NCBI GenBank assembly: GCA_026914245.1
Contig: CP110440.1
Location: 3,472,001-3,536,000 of the forward strand
Length of the DNA: 64,000 nucleotides
Reading direction: 5' to 3'
Source: Puccinia triticina
Lineage: Eukaryota
Both the position numbers and the translations under genes were made by a program. Shown here in pieces: positions 1 to 11,962 of this stretch. The notes under the pieces are model-generated. The model did no database searches. It was given only the letters and a program-made list of their open reading frames with translations, and was not told the DNA's origin. The first letter of the stretch is position 1. Each line of letters opens with the position of its first letter.

Positions 1-864
1 GGACTGGAGCTGGGAAAGGCCTCCGAGCGGGCCGAAGCAGGAGATTTCAGCGGTGTGACAGAACCCGGTCCCGGGGCTCTGGACGACCGTGACCTCCAAG
101 GCGTCGCCATCGCAGTCCGTCCGGATCCGCACACATTGTTGGGTGGCGCCGCTGGTCGCGCCTTTCACCCACAGCTCGTTGCGTGAGCGACTGAAGTAGG
201 TTGCCTGCCCCGTCCGCACCATCACCTCGATCGACTCGCGCGAGGAGTACACTTGGCCGAGCAGAGTGGAGCTAGGGGCGAGGCTGACGACGGAAGTGGC
301 GAACAGGCCGTCGGCCCGGTCGGTCTTGAGCCCGTCTAGAAACAGTCCGACCAGAGCGTGTGGGCCGAGCTTGATGAGGTCGGCGGCGCGGATGAGGGGC
401 ACCTGGTTGTGCATGGCGACTATTTCGGATAAGTTGACTGTGTCCGGCTGAGGAGGGCCTAAGAGGAAGACCGGATGGTCTCTTGTTTTCTGGGTGTGCT
501 CGATCGGCGGGAAGGCTTCGAGCATGCATGGCGTGGATGGAAGAGGGTCGGAGGCGGCGAGACGGGGCACGATGCGGGAGACGGGGACGCCCATGCTGAT
601 GAGCTGGGCCTGCCGATGCGTGAACACCTTGCCTGCGCCCCGGTCGAGCAGCCCGACCAGCTGTTCCTCAGCCTGGCCGTCGGCAAGGTCGTCGAAGATG
701 TAGGTCTCCACATGGCTCGGCAGCAGCGGCGTGATCTTCTCAGATATGGATGCGGCGACCAGGACGGGCACGATCGTCGCTAGTTGGCGGAGAGTGTCTT
801 CGTCCGGAAGCGGCGCGGGTACGTCGAGGAAGGGCAGGAAGGGGATGTGTGCGAAGATCGCCAT
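1..864 (-). CDS. HIS4: Histidine biosynthesis trifunctional protein, N-terminal part (runs off window start)
   Basis: Open frame from ATG 864 to base 1: MAIFAHIPFLPFLD...LKTDRADGLFATSVV...LGQVYSSRES...ATYFSRSRNELWVKGATSGATQ...DCDGDAL...GFCH, the phosphoribosyl-AMP cyclohydrolase motifs. Confidence 0.92.
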   Translation of the reverse strand, partial: MAIFAHIPFLPFLDVPAPLPDEDTLRQLATIVPVLVAASISEKITPLLPSHVETYIFDDLADGQAEEQLVGLLDRGAGKVFTHRQAQLISMGVPVSRIVPRLAASDPLPSTPCMLEAFPPIEHTQKTRDHPVFLLGPPQPDTVNLSEIVAMHNQVPLIRAADLIKLGPHALVGLFLDGLKTDRADGLFATSVVSLAPSSTLLGQVYSSRESIEVMVRTGQATYFSRSRNELWVKGATSGATQQCVRIRTDCDGDALEVTVVQSPGTGFCHTAEISCFGPLGGLSQLQS

Positions 865-1319
865 CGTGGTCTCGCCGGTCTTTTTGGTCAACAGCTGATG
901 TGTGAAGGCTTGCGGATTTCCGCCCTTTTTTTTCCTCCTATTTTTTTTGTTCCCCCCGAAAGCCTTTTTCCCCCGGCACAAAAGCCCTGGACACCCCGAT
1001 CCGGGCCTTTTCACTCACAAAGTAACAACGATTTCAACATGGAAAACGGTATGTATTTTTATTCTTTTTACCTTATTACCTTTGATCTGTTCCATTCACT
1101 ATTTTTTTTCCTTTAAAGTATTCCTGTCTTATAGAGCAAAGTGGATCGCTAGACAAAATTGATGAGTGGTTGTTTGGCCTCAAAAGTCCAAAACCTCCGT
1201 CCCCAGCCGCTGATCCCTCCAGCACTTGAAAATACCCTTGAGTAACAATTTTCAGAAAGGCATCAAGGCAATTGCATGAACCAAATTTGAAGTATCAACC
1301 AGAAAGTGATGAAGAGGTG

Positions 1320-1985
1320 AGATATTGCTCAATTATCAACTCTACATTCCCAAACCAAAGGCTGCAACATCTGGTCAAACAACAAAAAACCAAAAGGTCT
1401 CAGCCAAGGATCCCAAGGAGAAGTTTATGAAAGTTATTCCTCAAAATAATACTTCTCTTGGCAGGAATCCAACAACAATCTTGCAGCTTTCAAACAATGT
1501 ACTATTCATACAATTAATACTCACATTGCACAACAAAAAACAGTTTGGATTGCATCAATGAAGGAGAAATTACTTGGTACACAATTGTTCTGCATGGTGG
1601 GAAATTCCAACAGAAGAACAAGACATCCTTGGATGGCACCAAAGTCCTAGCCAAATTTTTTGAGGTAGCCATTAATACCATGAAGTTTAAGGACAAAATT
1701 ACCATATCATTGGTTCAAAATGATCCAAAGGTGGCTGCTGAGTACTTTAAACATGATCCAACTTAAATCTCTTCACATACTAATTGTAAAATTTATGATT
1801 GTTTGTTTCATTATCAGAGAAACAAAGCTTTAAGACAACTATTCCAGCATGATTGGGGTAACAAACAATCATGGGATCCCAAGCCTTTGGCAGGTACAGC
1901 TCATGCTCAAGATATTTTGAAAATCATGCTCCAGAGCAAGGCAACCCATGTTCCATGCAATCAATCAACTGTTCATAGTGCATGA
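1320..1985 (+). pseudogene. Degraded TE-associated hypothetical gene, apparently related to the second gene of the 14520-20562 element
   Basis: Broken ORFs 1325-1561 and 1545-1766; ITWYTIV...F...KITISLVQNDPKVAAE resembles IKWQGAV...F...EVIIWVIMADPRRTAKE at 18874-19308. Confidence 0.4.
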
Positions 1986-2900
1986 TGTTGAGGGACCCCT
2001 GTCTGTGCTAGGTGGTAGCAGTCATGTGGGTTTGCTGTTTAGGCTGCCCTCAGGGTGAAGTTCCTGAAAGGTGAGTGTGGTTGAGATTGAAGATAGCTGT
2101 TGTGGGGTTGGATGGTTTTGAGAAGTTTGCCAGGGTGTTGGATCCTTGGTGGTTGTTGTTTTGTTTTGGTGATTAGGAAGGTTATAGGGGGATGTGAATC
2201 CTTGATAAGGACACGGATTGGAAAAGATCTTGCAAGGGGATCTGGATGCTCTGAACTCTGAAACTCTGATCAATAAGATTTGAAAATGGGCTGTACTCTG
2301 GGGATCAGAATGCCATGCCTCTCACTTGCTCCAAGTTTGGCAAACTTGGACTCTGGGAAATGACCTGTCACATAGATTTCATCACATCCTCCTGCGCGCA
2401 CACACACAACAGAGACAGAGAAGAACAAGACCAAACAGCAACACCAGAAGAAAAGAAAAATGAGAAAGCACCTGGCCAAGAGATGAGAGAGAAGAACAGG
2501 ACACAAAGAGATGGTAAGATCACAGAGCAGAAACACAAGCCATAACAACAAAAGAAAACTAGAAGAGAGAAAGACAGAAATAAGAGAATAGGAGAAACAA
2601 GGGAGAAAAAGCAGCAACAAGCCCACAGCAGGTGCTGTGTTAGGACCAATAAAGATGAAAGACATGAGTAAGAAGGGAGGGGAAGGGGAAGGAGTTTGGA
2701 AGAGATGAGTTGAAGATGAAGGGGGATGGGAGAGGATGAATTCTTGAGGTCTTGAGGATGAAATCTTGAGGATCTTGAGAGGTGAGTGTTGATCTTGAAT
2801 CTTGCTGAAAATACTGCTGATCTTGCTGACAGCGGCGGTGATGCTCCTGACTAGCTGAATACCAAAAGGGCCACCACAACAGGGTGGGTGAGGACACTTG
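1985..2900. mobile_element. Probable LTR-retrotransposon remnant (LTR/leader-like, strongly purine-skewed)
   Basis: Starts TGTTG; long GA-rich tract 2400-2830; no partner LTR or coding domain seen. Confidence 0.3.
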
Positions 2901-3049
2901 CCTTGCCCTTGTCTGCATAGGATGGCCAATTGACAGCTATCTCTGCGCTGAGGCCGTGGCACTGGGCCAGATGCTTCAACTTGCCTAAAATTTATCAGTT
3001 CCCCATCCACCCCAGGGCCACATCCCCTCTGAAGAGTTGAGTCTGCTTT

Positions 3050-3375
3050 ATGCTGCCACAGTGGCCTGATAATCCTGGAATACAAGCTCAAATTCAGCCC
3101 AGCCCGCTTGCCTGACAATCTCCATGCCCAGGTCTCTAAAAGGATCTCCAAGTGCTGTGTGCACAATGGTGGGCCTTACATCAAGCTGGGCCAGTCCATT
3201 GCCATCTTCCCACCTGTGTACAAACATGCATTTGAGACCATTTTTGAAGCCGCTAAGCCAATGCCCTTCAACCATGTCCTCCAGGTCTGCAACCAGGAGT
3301 TGCCCTTCCCCAAGGGTATCAACCATTATTTTGAGCAGTTTTACAAGGAGCTAGTTGCCTGCGGCTCCATTGCTC
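3050..3375 (+). pseudogene. ABC1/ADCK atypical kinase gene fragment
   Basis: EYKLKF...LHAQVSKRI...NGGPYIKLGQ...F..ELVACGSIA matches the ABC1 N-terminal motifs NGGxYIKLGQ and AxASIAQ; remainder of the kinase is absent. Confidence 0.75.
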
Positions 3376-3797
3376 TACACTCAAAGGCTCCTCCAAGCTT
3401 GTTGATGTCAGGCTCTAACACCCCAACATTCCCATCCAGATTGAGCAGTCAGTCCCACCCCACTTAACCCCAAAACATGTACCAGAAATTCTTTCCCCTG
3501 CTTGCAGACTTCATTGCCCATTGTGAGCACCCATTGGCTGCTTGTTTTGAGTCTGTGCTGATATGTGTCCGCTTGCTCCTCTCTGGATGTCTCCAACCAG
3601 ATCCGCAAAGAGACTTCCTTCACCCACAAGGCTTCCCGTAGATGTCACTGGAAATATTTGAGTTCAAATAAAAATGCAAGGAAATATTTACAAAGGGGCT
3701 TCGAAAATGTTTTTCCCAAAGTTCCTTATAATATTTCCAAAAACCAGTCGATTATTTTCGGACCGCATCGGAAAACATTCAGTGCACCGGTGGTGTA

Positions 3798-4490
3798 TTA
3801 CTGTCGCCTCATTCCAGGGCCACTGGACCTTCCCCCTCCAGATGGACCACCACGTCCCCGCCGAGCTAAATACAAGACAAAAGACGAGGGAGACAGTTGA
3901 GTACGCCACATATTTGGAGCGATCTAATCGCGGAAACACGCGAACCTTGGGCCCGCTGGATTGTAGCCCGTCCTCGTGCCGTTCCGATCCCGCGTCCTTT
4001 GACCCCCGTACCTCGTTTGAACCTACAGCACCGCCAGAAAAACAAAAGTCGAGTTGAATGAGACCTGTCCCATGACAAAGCTTGACGGAAGGACAGCTCG
4101 ATTACGAAAAAAAAAAAGTTAACGACGCTTACATAGGAGCATTCTGCAACATATCCGGAACCACGTAAAGACGAATCATTGGGCCGCGAATGTAAACTTG
4201 ATCGAGCTGGGTGACTCTTCCGTCTCGATGAGTGACCGTAATGTCCTTCAAGGAGATGTTCAAATTGTCTTCGGCTACACAATAACAAGAAAACCGGCAT
4301 CAGCATTCAAGGCTCCGACCTCTAGTGTGTACTCGGGTAATCGAGTCTGTCAAGTATTGGAAGGCATCGACTGTGGAATACCATCGTGAAGTTTCCCTCG
4401 ATAGACCTGTCCTGTCTTGAGTTCGACTGTGATGACGTGCCCGAGCGCTTCGTGGAGTAGTTTTGTTGGTACGCCGATATTCGAAGTCAT
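3798..4490 (-). CDS. SMD3: Small nuclear ribonucleoprotein Sm D3 (4 exons)
   Basis: Spliced by GT-AG introns: [111 protein letters not shown]...; stop at 3798. Not recovered as a single ORF in the track. Confidence 0.95.
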
Positions 4491-4688
4491 GGTCCTAGTG
4501 GCGGTGGTGTCGTGTTGGGGTGCAGTGGCTGGAGTCTGGCACGGGTGCGCCAGACCGATCGATGACAGGCCGCTGACATCTCCCCCAGCCGCAGGGTTAG
4601 GTTTCTAATCCTCGTGCCTTTTACATACATGGTCACCGGCTCACACGGGTGCCCCGGACCGGGGGAAGGAGCCATCGCCCCCGTCACT

Positions 4689-4830
4689 TGTTGTAACCCA
4701 GTGAGGTTACATTGAGATTTCTCACCTAGACCCTCTTTTGCTTATGTAATTTCATGTACATAAATAGTTCCCTCATTTTATATACATGAAATTATTCATC
4801 CTACCGCGAACCACATTCTGGGTTCCTTTA
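4689..4830 (+). repeat. 5' LTR of copia-A
   Basis: TGTTGTAACC...CCTTTA, near-identical to 10044-10185. Confidence 0.95.
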
Positions 4831-5491
4831 GGTTATGAGCCCTCAAAATCTCGTCTAGGAAATACTAACCTTTTTTCATCTTCAAACCTTTCGACTATCA
4901 TCGTTCTCTCTATATATCCTTTTTTTCTCTCCAATCTCTACTTTTGTCTCTGTCTCTCTCCGCGGAATTCGCTCGATCGTCATCAAAAAAATCACAGTTT
5001 CCCTACTATCTTATCCAAACTCTCTGAACTCTGAAGTCCTCTGTTCTCATTTCTCCAAATAAACTACATAAGGACTCGCTATCCGAGTGTATATCTTGAC
5101 TCAGGACGCTGAGCTCAAGGGCTGAAAAGAGTTTTCACGAATATTGACATGTGGCCAACGCTTTGCTGGATTTTTTCTTGTCTTCATCGCCCGACATCAT
5201 CAATCTTCTTTCCCCCCTAATCTCACTCCAATACTCAGTCGATCCAAATCTTCCTCACTTTCACCAAATCATTTCCGAAGTACACTTTTTTCTTTTTCCC
5301 TTCCCATTCACTTCCGTTTCTCGCTCAACTCATAATAATCATAGTATTAAGTAATAATAAAAAAATATCAAAAAAAAAAAAACCTTCTTGTCTCCCCTCT
5401 CCAAATTTTCCTTCCACCAATAACCCTCCGACCTTTCCTTTTTTCTTTTCCTCCCAACCACCTTTCCCTCCCCTGCTTGTCTTCGATCGCC

Positions 5492-8400
5492 ATGAACCGC
5501 AACAATGTGGCTGCGGACGACCCAGATGCTGTGGATGCTGAGGACCTCCCTGCCCCTCCCCCAAGACTTCCTGCACAAGTGAATATCGCTGACAACAGGA
5601 GTGCGGCTGGCATCATATCAGCCATCACAGGCCAAATCAGAGATGAAGACCGACTTCTTGCTGACGGCAGCAACTTTGGTGCATGGGGCGATTTCATTGA
5701 AGAGAGATTGCAGGATGCGATCAATGATCCGGACTACCTGATGTATGCGTCCACAGGTCCCCTCCACGAACGGATTGCGCGGTCTATTCTACTGTCATCT
5801 GTCAACCGCTCTCTCCGCCGCTTCCCAACTGCGTACGGGATGTTCGAAGAAATCCGGCTCCGCTTCAATGTGATCAGCCGCGGTGGACAAATAGCGGCAT
5901 TTCAACGCCTGCTGCGCTTCAACATTTGGGACCATCCTACGACTGGCACAATCAGCAATGCTATTAACGACGAGCTGGATGAATTAGGTCGAATGAACAT
6001 CAGCTTGACGCGGGACCAGATTGTGGGATTGATACTTCAAAATGGACTTGGGTCGGATCCGGAGCTGATGGACGAGGTGGACCGGCGCGTGGAGCAGTCA
6101 ATGACCAGATCAAGGAGCAAGACCGTGGACAATTTTGACACCATTGTCCGTACAATCGGACAGGTACGGTCAAACATGCGTAACCAGGCCGAAGCACGAG
6201 GTGCGGATCAGGCAGTGGGGCAAGCGCCTCCCTTGGCGATGAGGATGGAGGCGACGGCACCGGCGACTCGTGGAGGACCTGTTGCTGCGATCCCGGACGC
6301 TCAAATGAATGGGGACAACATGCTGAATGCAGCCGATTTTCAGGCCATGCAAGCAGGAGTGTGTTTCCTGTTCTGATCCCCAGACCATCAATTACGCCAC
6401 TGTCCGCTCCGGCAACATGGACAACAACCGCACGGCTTCAACAGAAGTCCTCCAGTTCCCCGCCCCTACAACAGGTATCCTGTCGGACAACAATCCGGCT
6501 TTCAACCGTTCTATCCAATTGTGGCACCGGCAGGATTGGTCGGGACATACCCGTCTGTAACGCCTCCGGCTAGGCCCTACCAGCATGTCCCAGCTCAGCT
6601 ACCTGTTCCCCGGCAAGGGGGGATTGATCGCCAACGAGGTGACTCTTACCAACCCCAGTACCGACTTCAGAGAGTCGATCAACCTCAACAAAGCCAGGGT
6701 TTGGGTGGCCGTCCGTCTCCCGCAAGTGCACGAATGGCGGATGTGGAGGCTCCCATCACCGACTCCAGCGGAGGGGCCAGCATTGTGGAGTTGGGGGATC
6801 TAGCGGATGATCTGGCGGATCTGCATTTCGGCCAAATAGATGTGGACATGGCGGATGGAGCCCTGATAGTTGATTCTGGTGCGTCCCACCACCTTTGTGG
6901 TGACCGCAATTTCTTTTTTAACTTCCGCTCATTCCCGGTTCCTATTCCCCTTAAAGTAGCGACGGAGGGCAATGCTGCCTATATCACAGGCCAGGGCGAC
7001 CTGCAGTTTAATGGTGCTGACAACCAGAGAGTCACTATCCATGGCGTGCTATATTGTAAGCTGGCAAGAACAATGTTGATCTCTCTAGCTGCAATCAGGA
7101 AGGCTAACTGTTACTTCACGTATGACGTAGAACGTGACATGTATGACATTTTCGGCAATGACAGAAGGCATCTTTTCTCCTGCCCTTTCGTGAAGCATCA
7201 GAACAAATGGGTGTTCCCCCGTCCCATTCCAAACCCAGCCGCGATTCCTAATCCTCCTCCTGTTATTCCCTTAAAGACCAGACCTCCTTTTTCTTTTTGT
7301 CCTATCTCTACCCTGGATCGTCTGCAAATGAAACCACCGTTTATGATTCCCGTTGATATCCCTGAAACAGCGAGCTTTGATGGCAAAGAGCTGACAGCCA
7401 ATGAGAGAACTTTGGTCTATTGGCACCGCGTTTTCGGCCATGCGAGCCTGAGAACAATAAGGCACATGTGTAAATTAGGCCAGGTTGCTGGACTGCCGCG
7501 TAACCTTCCCACAGGAAGTATCAAATGCGCAACTTGCGCGATCAGCAAAAGCTTACTGACTAATCGGCTGGGGAGTACTGACAGAGTTATCGGCAGGCTA
7601 TCTATCATTTCTTGTAACATTATAGGCCCTTTCCAGGTACCTACATTCAACGGCGGGTCTTTCGTCCTCACGGTGCGGGATCTTGGCACAGGCTACTCAG
7701 AGGCGAAGATCATGAAGACAAAAGATAAGTCGTGCGGTTTGCTGATCACCACCATCAAACGGTGGGAAGTGGTCACGGGCGACAAGGTGAAAGTGATCCG
7801 CAGCAACAACGGAGGGGAGTTCAATAGTAAAGTTTTTTTTAGATTTCTTGTCTGATAGGGGCATATCTGCTGAACAAGCACTTCCATACCACCATTATCA
7901 GAATGGGGCGATTGAGAGATACAATAGGACCTTAAACAATATGGGACGAACATTGCTGATTGACAGCAAATTGGATAAATCCTTTTGGGGATTTAGCTAT
8001 ATCTGGGCCAGCGATACACTGAACAGGATCCCTAACAAGTCAAGCGGGTCACGGTCGCCTTGGGAGGCTTTCTTCAGTAGGAAACCAGGTTTCAACACGA
8101 CCAGGATCTTTGGTGAAACAGGCTTCATTCATATCCCTGCGGAACAGCGGAAGAAATTGGATGATAGGGCGCTCAAAGGCCGGGTGGTGGCGAATTGTGA
8201 TGACAGCAAGGGTTGGATTTTCTGGGTACCAGCAACAAATAAGCTGGTGGCCTCGGTGGTGGTGAAGTGGCGCGACGCAAGACCGCCGGAGTATAAAGTG
8301 CTGATTGATCTCATTACCAAACCAATGAAGACCCCTTTAACAGTTACTCCTCCGTGTAACACTCCTGTGCCGTCGCCGAGAGAGAAAAGCAAACTGAGTT

Positions 8401-10031
8401 TCATTATGAACAGGCTGACCCTGGGGGACTTCAGCGCCAATATACAAGTACAGGAACAGGAACTCGTGGTCGACAAACTCCTACAAGAGTGTTCTTTTTT
8501 TGCAGCCACAGTTCCTAGGATGTACAAGCAAGCGACAAAGTCACCGGCATGGGATAAATGGAAAGACACCATCGAGGAAGAGCTGGGAAATCTGATGCGG
8601 ATGAAGGTTTGGTCGGCGCTCCCTTGCCCAGCTAATCGGAAACCACTGGACAGCCAATGGGTGTTTGCAGAGAAGACAAACGACCAGTCTGAAGTGGTGC
8701 GCTGGAAGGCGCGTTACATGGCGAAGGGTTTTACTCAGATAGAGGGATACGATTTCAACAAAACCTTTGCGCCAACGGCGACTTTTGTCTCAATGCGGCT
8801 ACTCTTCACGCTAGCCGCGAAGTTCAACTGGCCAGTCCGCTCTTTTGATTTCGTGGCAGCATACCTGAACTCGCCAATCAACGAGGAAGTGTGGGTAAAA
8901 GCTCCAGAGGGCCTGGACCTTCCGCCTGGGTATGCTATGAAGCTGCATAAAGCTTTATATGGCACGAAGCAGGCTGCGCGCTGCTGGTGGCTCCACTTGA
9001 AGGGTATACTGACAGGGTTGGGTTATAAGGCCAGCCAATATGATAATAGTCTATATACTTTGCAGCATACAGCGGAAACGGGTATAATTTGGATTCATGT
9101 CAACGATGGGATCATCACGGGCTCTTCGGACGCCCTGCTACGTCGTTTGGAAGTGGGATTGAAAGGCGTTTTAGAAATCAAGTGGACTGATGGCATCAAG
9201 TCCATCGTTGGACTGCAGGTACAAAGGTCTGGTAAGGGTTTTCATCTGCGCCAGCCGAAGCTGATAGACCAGATTCTACGTGATCATTGGGACAATGCTC
9301 TGGTGACAAGAATGCCTCTACCCCCTTCTCTGGAGCTGACGACTGACCCCAACGGATCTGAGCAAGACTCGACACTTTACCGCTCTATCTTAGGAGCTTT
9401 CAGCTTCCTGGCAGTAGGTACGAGACCTGACATCGCCTTTGCGGTCAACCTTCTAGTGCGCTTTTCGGCGAAACCTGGCGTGAACCACTGGAAGGGGGTG
9501 AAACACCTGGTGGGTTATTTAGCAGGTTCCCGGGACCTCCAACTGGACCTTGTCCCGGACAACGGCTTGAAAGCTTTGAAATGTTTCTGCGATGCGTCGT
9601 GGGGAGGTGAGCTCGGACGGTTGACTTACGGTATTCTCATCAGCTTCTATGGCTGCCCTGTTCTTTGGGCATCAAGGCGCTTCGCGACAATTGCCGCGGC
9701 AACGTGCCAAGCAGAGTATATGGCTTTGGGAATTGGGACCAGGCACGTGCTGTGGGTGAAACACCTGCTTACTGACATTCTGAAGAAGGACTTCACGGGA
9801 CATCTATTCTGCAACAATGAGGCCGCTATCCGGGTGAGCACTGATGATTACGCAAACAAGCGCGTGCGTCACGTAGACCGCGAGTTCTATCTCACTAACC
9901 AAGCGCTCTTTGAGAAAAAGACCCAATTGGCTTGGGTGCCAACGGAGGATCAGTTAGCTGACGTCTTCACCAAGGCATTAGGGAAGGAGCCTTTTGAGAG
10001 ATTCCGGGGGAGAATTATGTCCGGAGTCTAG
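5492..10031 (+). pseudogene. copia-A gag-pol
   Basis: Zn-knuckle remnant near 6360-6405; protease IVDSGASHH; WHRVFGH..CxxC; integrase; RT KARYMAKGF, KALYGTKQA; RNase H ADVFTKAL. In-frame TGA at 6374 and frameshift near 7850. Confidence 0.95.
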
Positions 10032-10043
10032 GTGAGGGGGGAG

Positions 10044-10185
10044 TGTTGTAACCCAGTGAGGTTACATTGAGATTTCTCACCTAGACCCTCTTTTGCTTAT
10101 GTAATTTCATGTACATAAATAGTTCCCTCATTTTATATACATGAAATTATTCATCCTACCGCAAACCACATTCTGGGTTCCTTTA
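10044..10185 (+). repeat. 3' LTR of copia-A
   Basis: Direct repeat of 4689-4830, preceded by the PPT. Confidence 0.95.
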
Positions 10186-10222
10186 TCACTGACGTCACAT
10201 CCCGACATCAATTGCACAAAAT

Positions 10223-10368
10223 GGAGGACTTCCCGTCAATCTGGGAACTCAGATTTTTCCAGATTTTGCGGGGAAATCTGGGCTCGATCATCCCAAATCC
10301 CAGATCTGCCTAGATTTCCCTGCGAAATCTGGGAAAATCTGGGTTTCCAGATCGGCGGGAAGTCCTCC
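10223..10368. mobile_element. Palindromic MITE, PIF/Harbinger-like
   Basis: GGAGGACTTCCCG...CGGGAAGTCCTCC; near full-length fold-back; AAT on both flanks. Confidence 0.75.
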
Positions 10369-11474
10369 AATCATCAGAAAGTCTCTCCAGATCGAATCAT
10401 TCTTCATCACCTGGCTTCCGTGCATGTAAAGCTGTGCCCGGCTCAAGGCAAGTAAACATTGGAAGCTAATGCTTACTACATGGTTCCCCGCAGTCGCATC
10501 ATCCGATTGATATCAGCCCGCAACACTCTTCCATTGTTGGAAAGATTTTTTTGCTTCACATCGAATCCCACTCTTTGTCACCAGGCTCCTGTTCGGTTGA
10601 GTGTACATATCTTCAGCCCCGTTTGGCAGGGCCCAGCGTCATATGTGGGAATAAACCGCAGCGTAATAATCCAAATAAGCTTTACTAAACCTTATTTGTA
10701 TTATTACTGGGCTTACGCAATTATAGAGGGCCGTTTGGGACGGCCATCGTAATATAGCGACAGCAGTCCTGTCTGTTTGGTGCGCCACTCAAAAACAAGT
10801 CCGGCTTGCGCTTCTCTCCTCCTCAAATCCGATGCCACAATGCCCCCACCGGGCTCCGCAACCCTTGACAACATCCGCCTCTTGCCTCGCTTCCAAGACA
10901 AACGCCAGCAGAAAATCATCAAGCTGGTCATCTTGATGGTGATTGTAGCCTCGCTTCGTTTGGGTCAGGAAGCGGAGGCGGGATTGAAGCCTCGGTTGAT
11001 TGGGGGGGAGGTTTCGAGGATGGAGGTCTCTTGCGTTGGGGTGGCATTGAGTCGCACGGATTCGAGGCTGAAGGGAGCGATTATGACTGCAAATTTTGGG
11101 GTCAGGGTGAAATATCCCAAATGGCGGGGGGAATAATGGAGCGTGAACTCCTGTCGTCAACTTTATGACGCTCGGTGGGCTGCCAAACAGGGACAGGGGA
11201 TAGCGTAATATCCCCTGTCCCCCCGCAAATAATCTGCAAGGTTTTTTATTACGCTCCCACATTTTTGTGGACAGCCAAACGGAGCCTTCTATCCAAGTCA
11301 AGTATGATAACCGGAAAGCTTATCATGACTGTTAATTTGCTCAGCAGTTGCATTATCCGACTTCTATCAAGCTACACAGCATGAACAAATTTTCCCAAAT
11401 CAACACGCAGAGCTTGATCCGACCGACATCGTATGCGGGGTTTGAAAGATTCGTTGAGCAGCCCACTTCATTCC

Positions 11475-11699
11475 TGTAGAACTGTGTATCCTAAAAATAG
11501 AATGAGATGAAAAACTCCCCCAAGGGAAAACTATATTTCGAGAGAGAGAGCGAGTATTTATATGGTTTGTAAATACATAGTTTGGTTGATGAGAAACTAA
11601 AAACATAACAAGCTATGTATATAGAAAATATGTAAACAAAGTGACATGAGAAAATGTAAAAATATAAAGATAGAAATAAACACATATTTTGATATAACA
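11475..11699 (-). repeat. 3' LTR of copia-B
   Basis: Direct repeat of 22802-23026; no difference spotted by eye. Confidence 0.95.
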
Positions 11700-11962
11700 C
11701 TCCCCCCCTCATCAACCACGAAAACAAAGGAAAAACGTAACAAAAAACAGAAAACTGGGTTGAAAGAAAAAATGAATGAGAAATAGACAACAAAAGTACA
11801 AATAGAATGGAAACAGTAATTGAGTTGAGAGAAAAAAGTAGAAGAAACAAACAAGCCAAATAGAGATTATAAAAGTTTTGAAACAAAGAATTCCGCTGTA
11901 GCTGTGCGTCGCCAGAAAGCTGTGGAGTATAAGGTGTATATGGTTAGCCACTGTGGAACCAA

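Larger units (their letters stand above)
4689..10185 (+). mobile_element. Full-length Ty1/copia LTR retrotransposon (copia-A), inactivated
   Basis: 142-bp LTRs at 4689-4830 and 10044-10185; TSD TCACT both sides; PBS GGTTATGAGCCC at 4831; PPT 10031-10043; domain order gag-PR-IN-RT-RH. Confidence 0.97.

Noticed and set aside
7848..7855. Programmed frameshift in copia-A
   Set aside because: It falls inside integrase next to a T-run; more likely a mutation or sequencing indel.
10620..11280. Small hairpins (e.g. GGGACAGGGGATA/TATCCCCTGTCCC) suggesting a TIR element
   Set aside because: No convincing paired termini or TSD.
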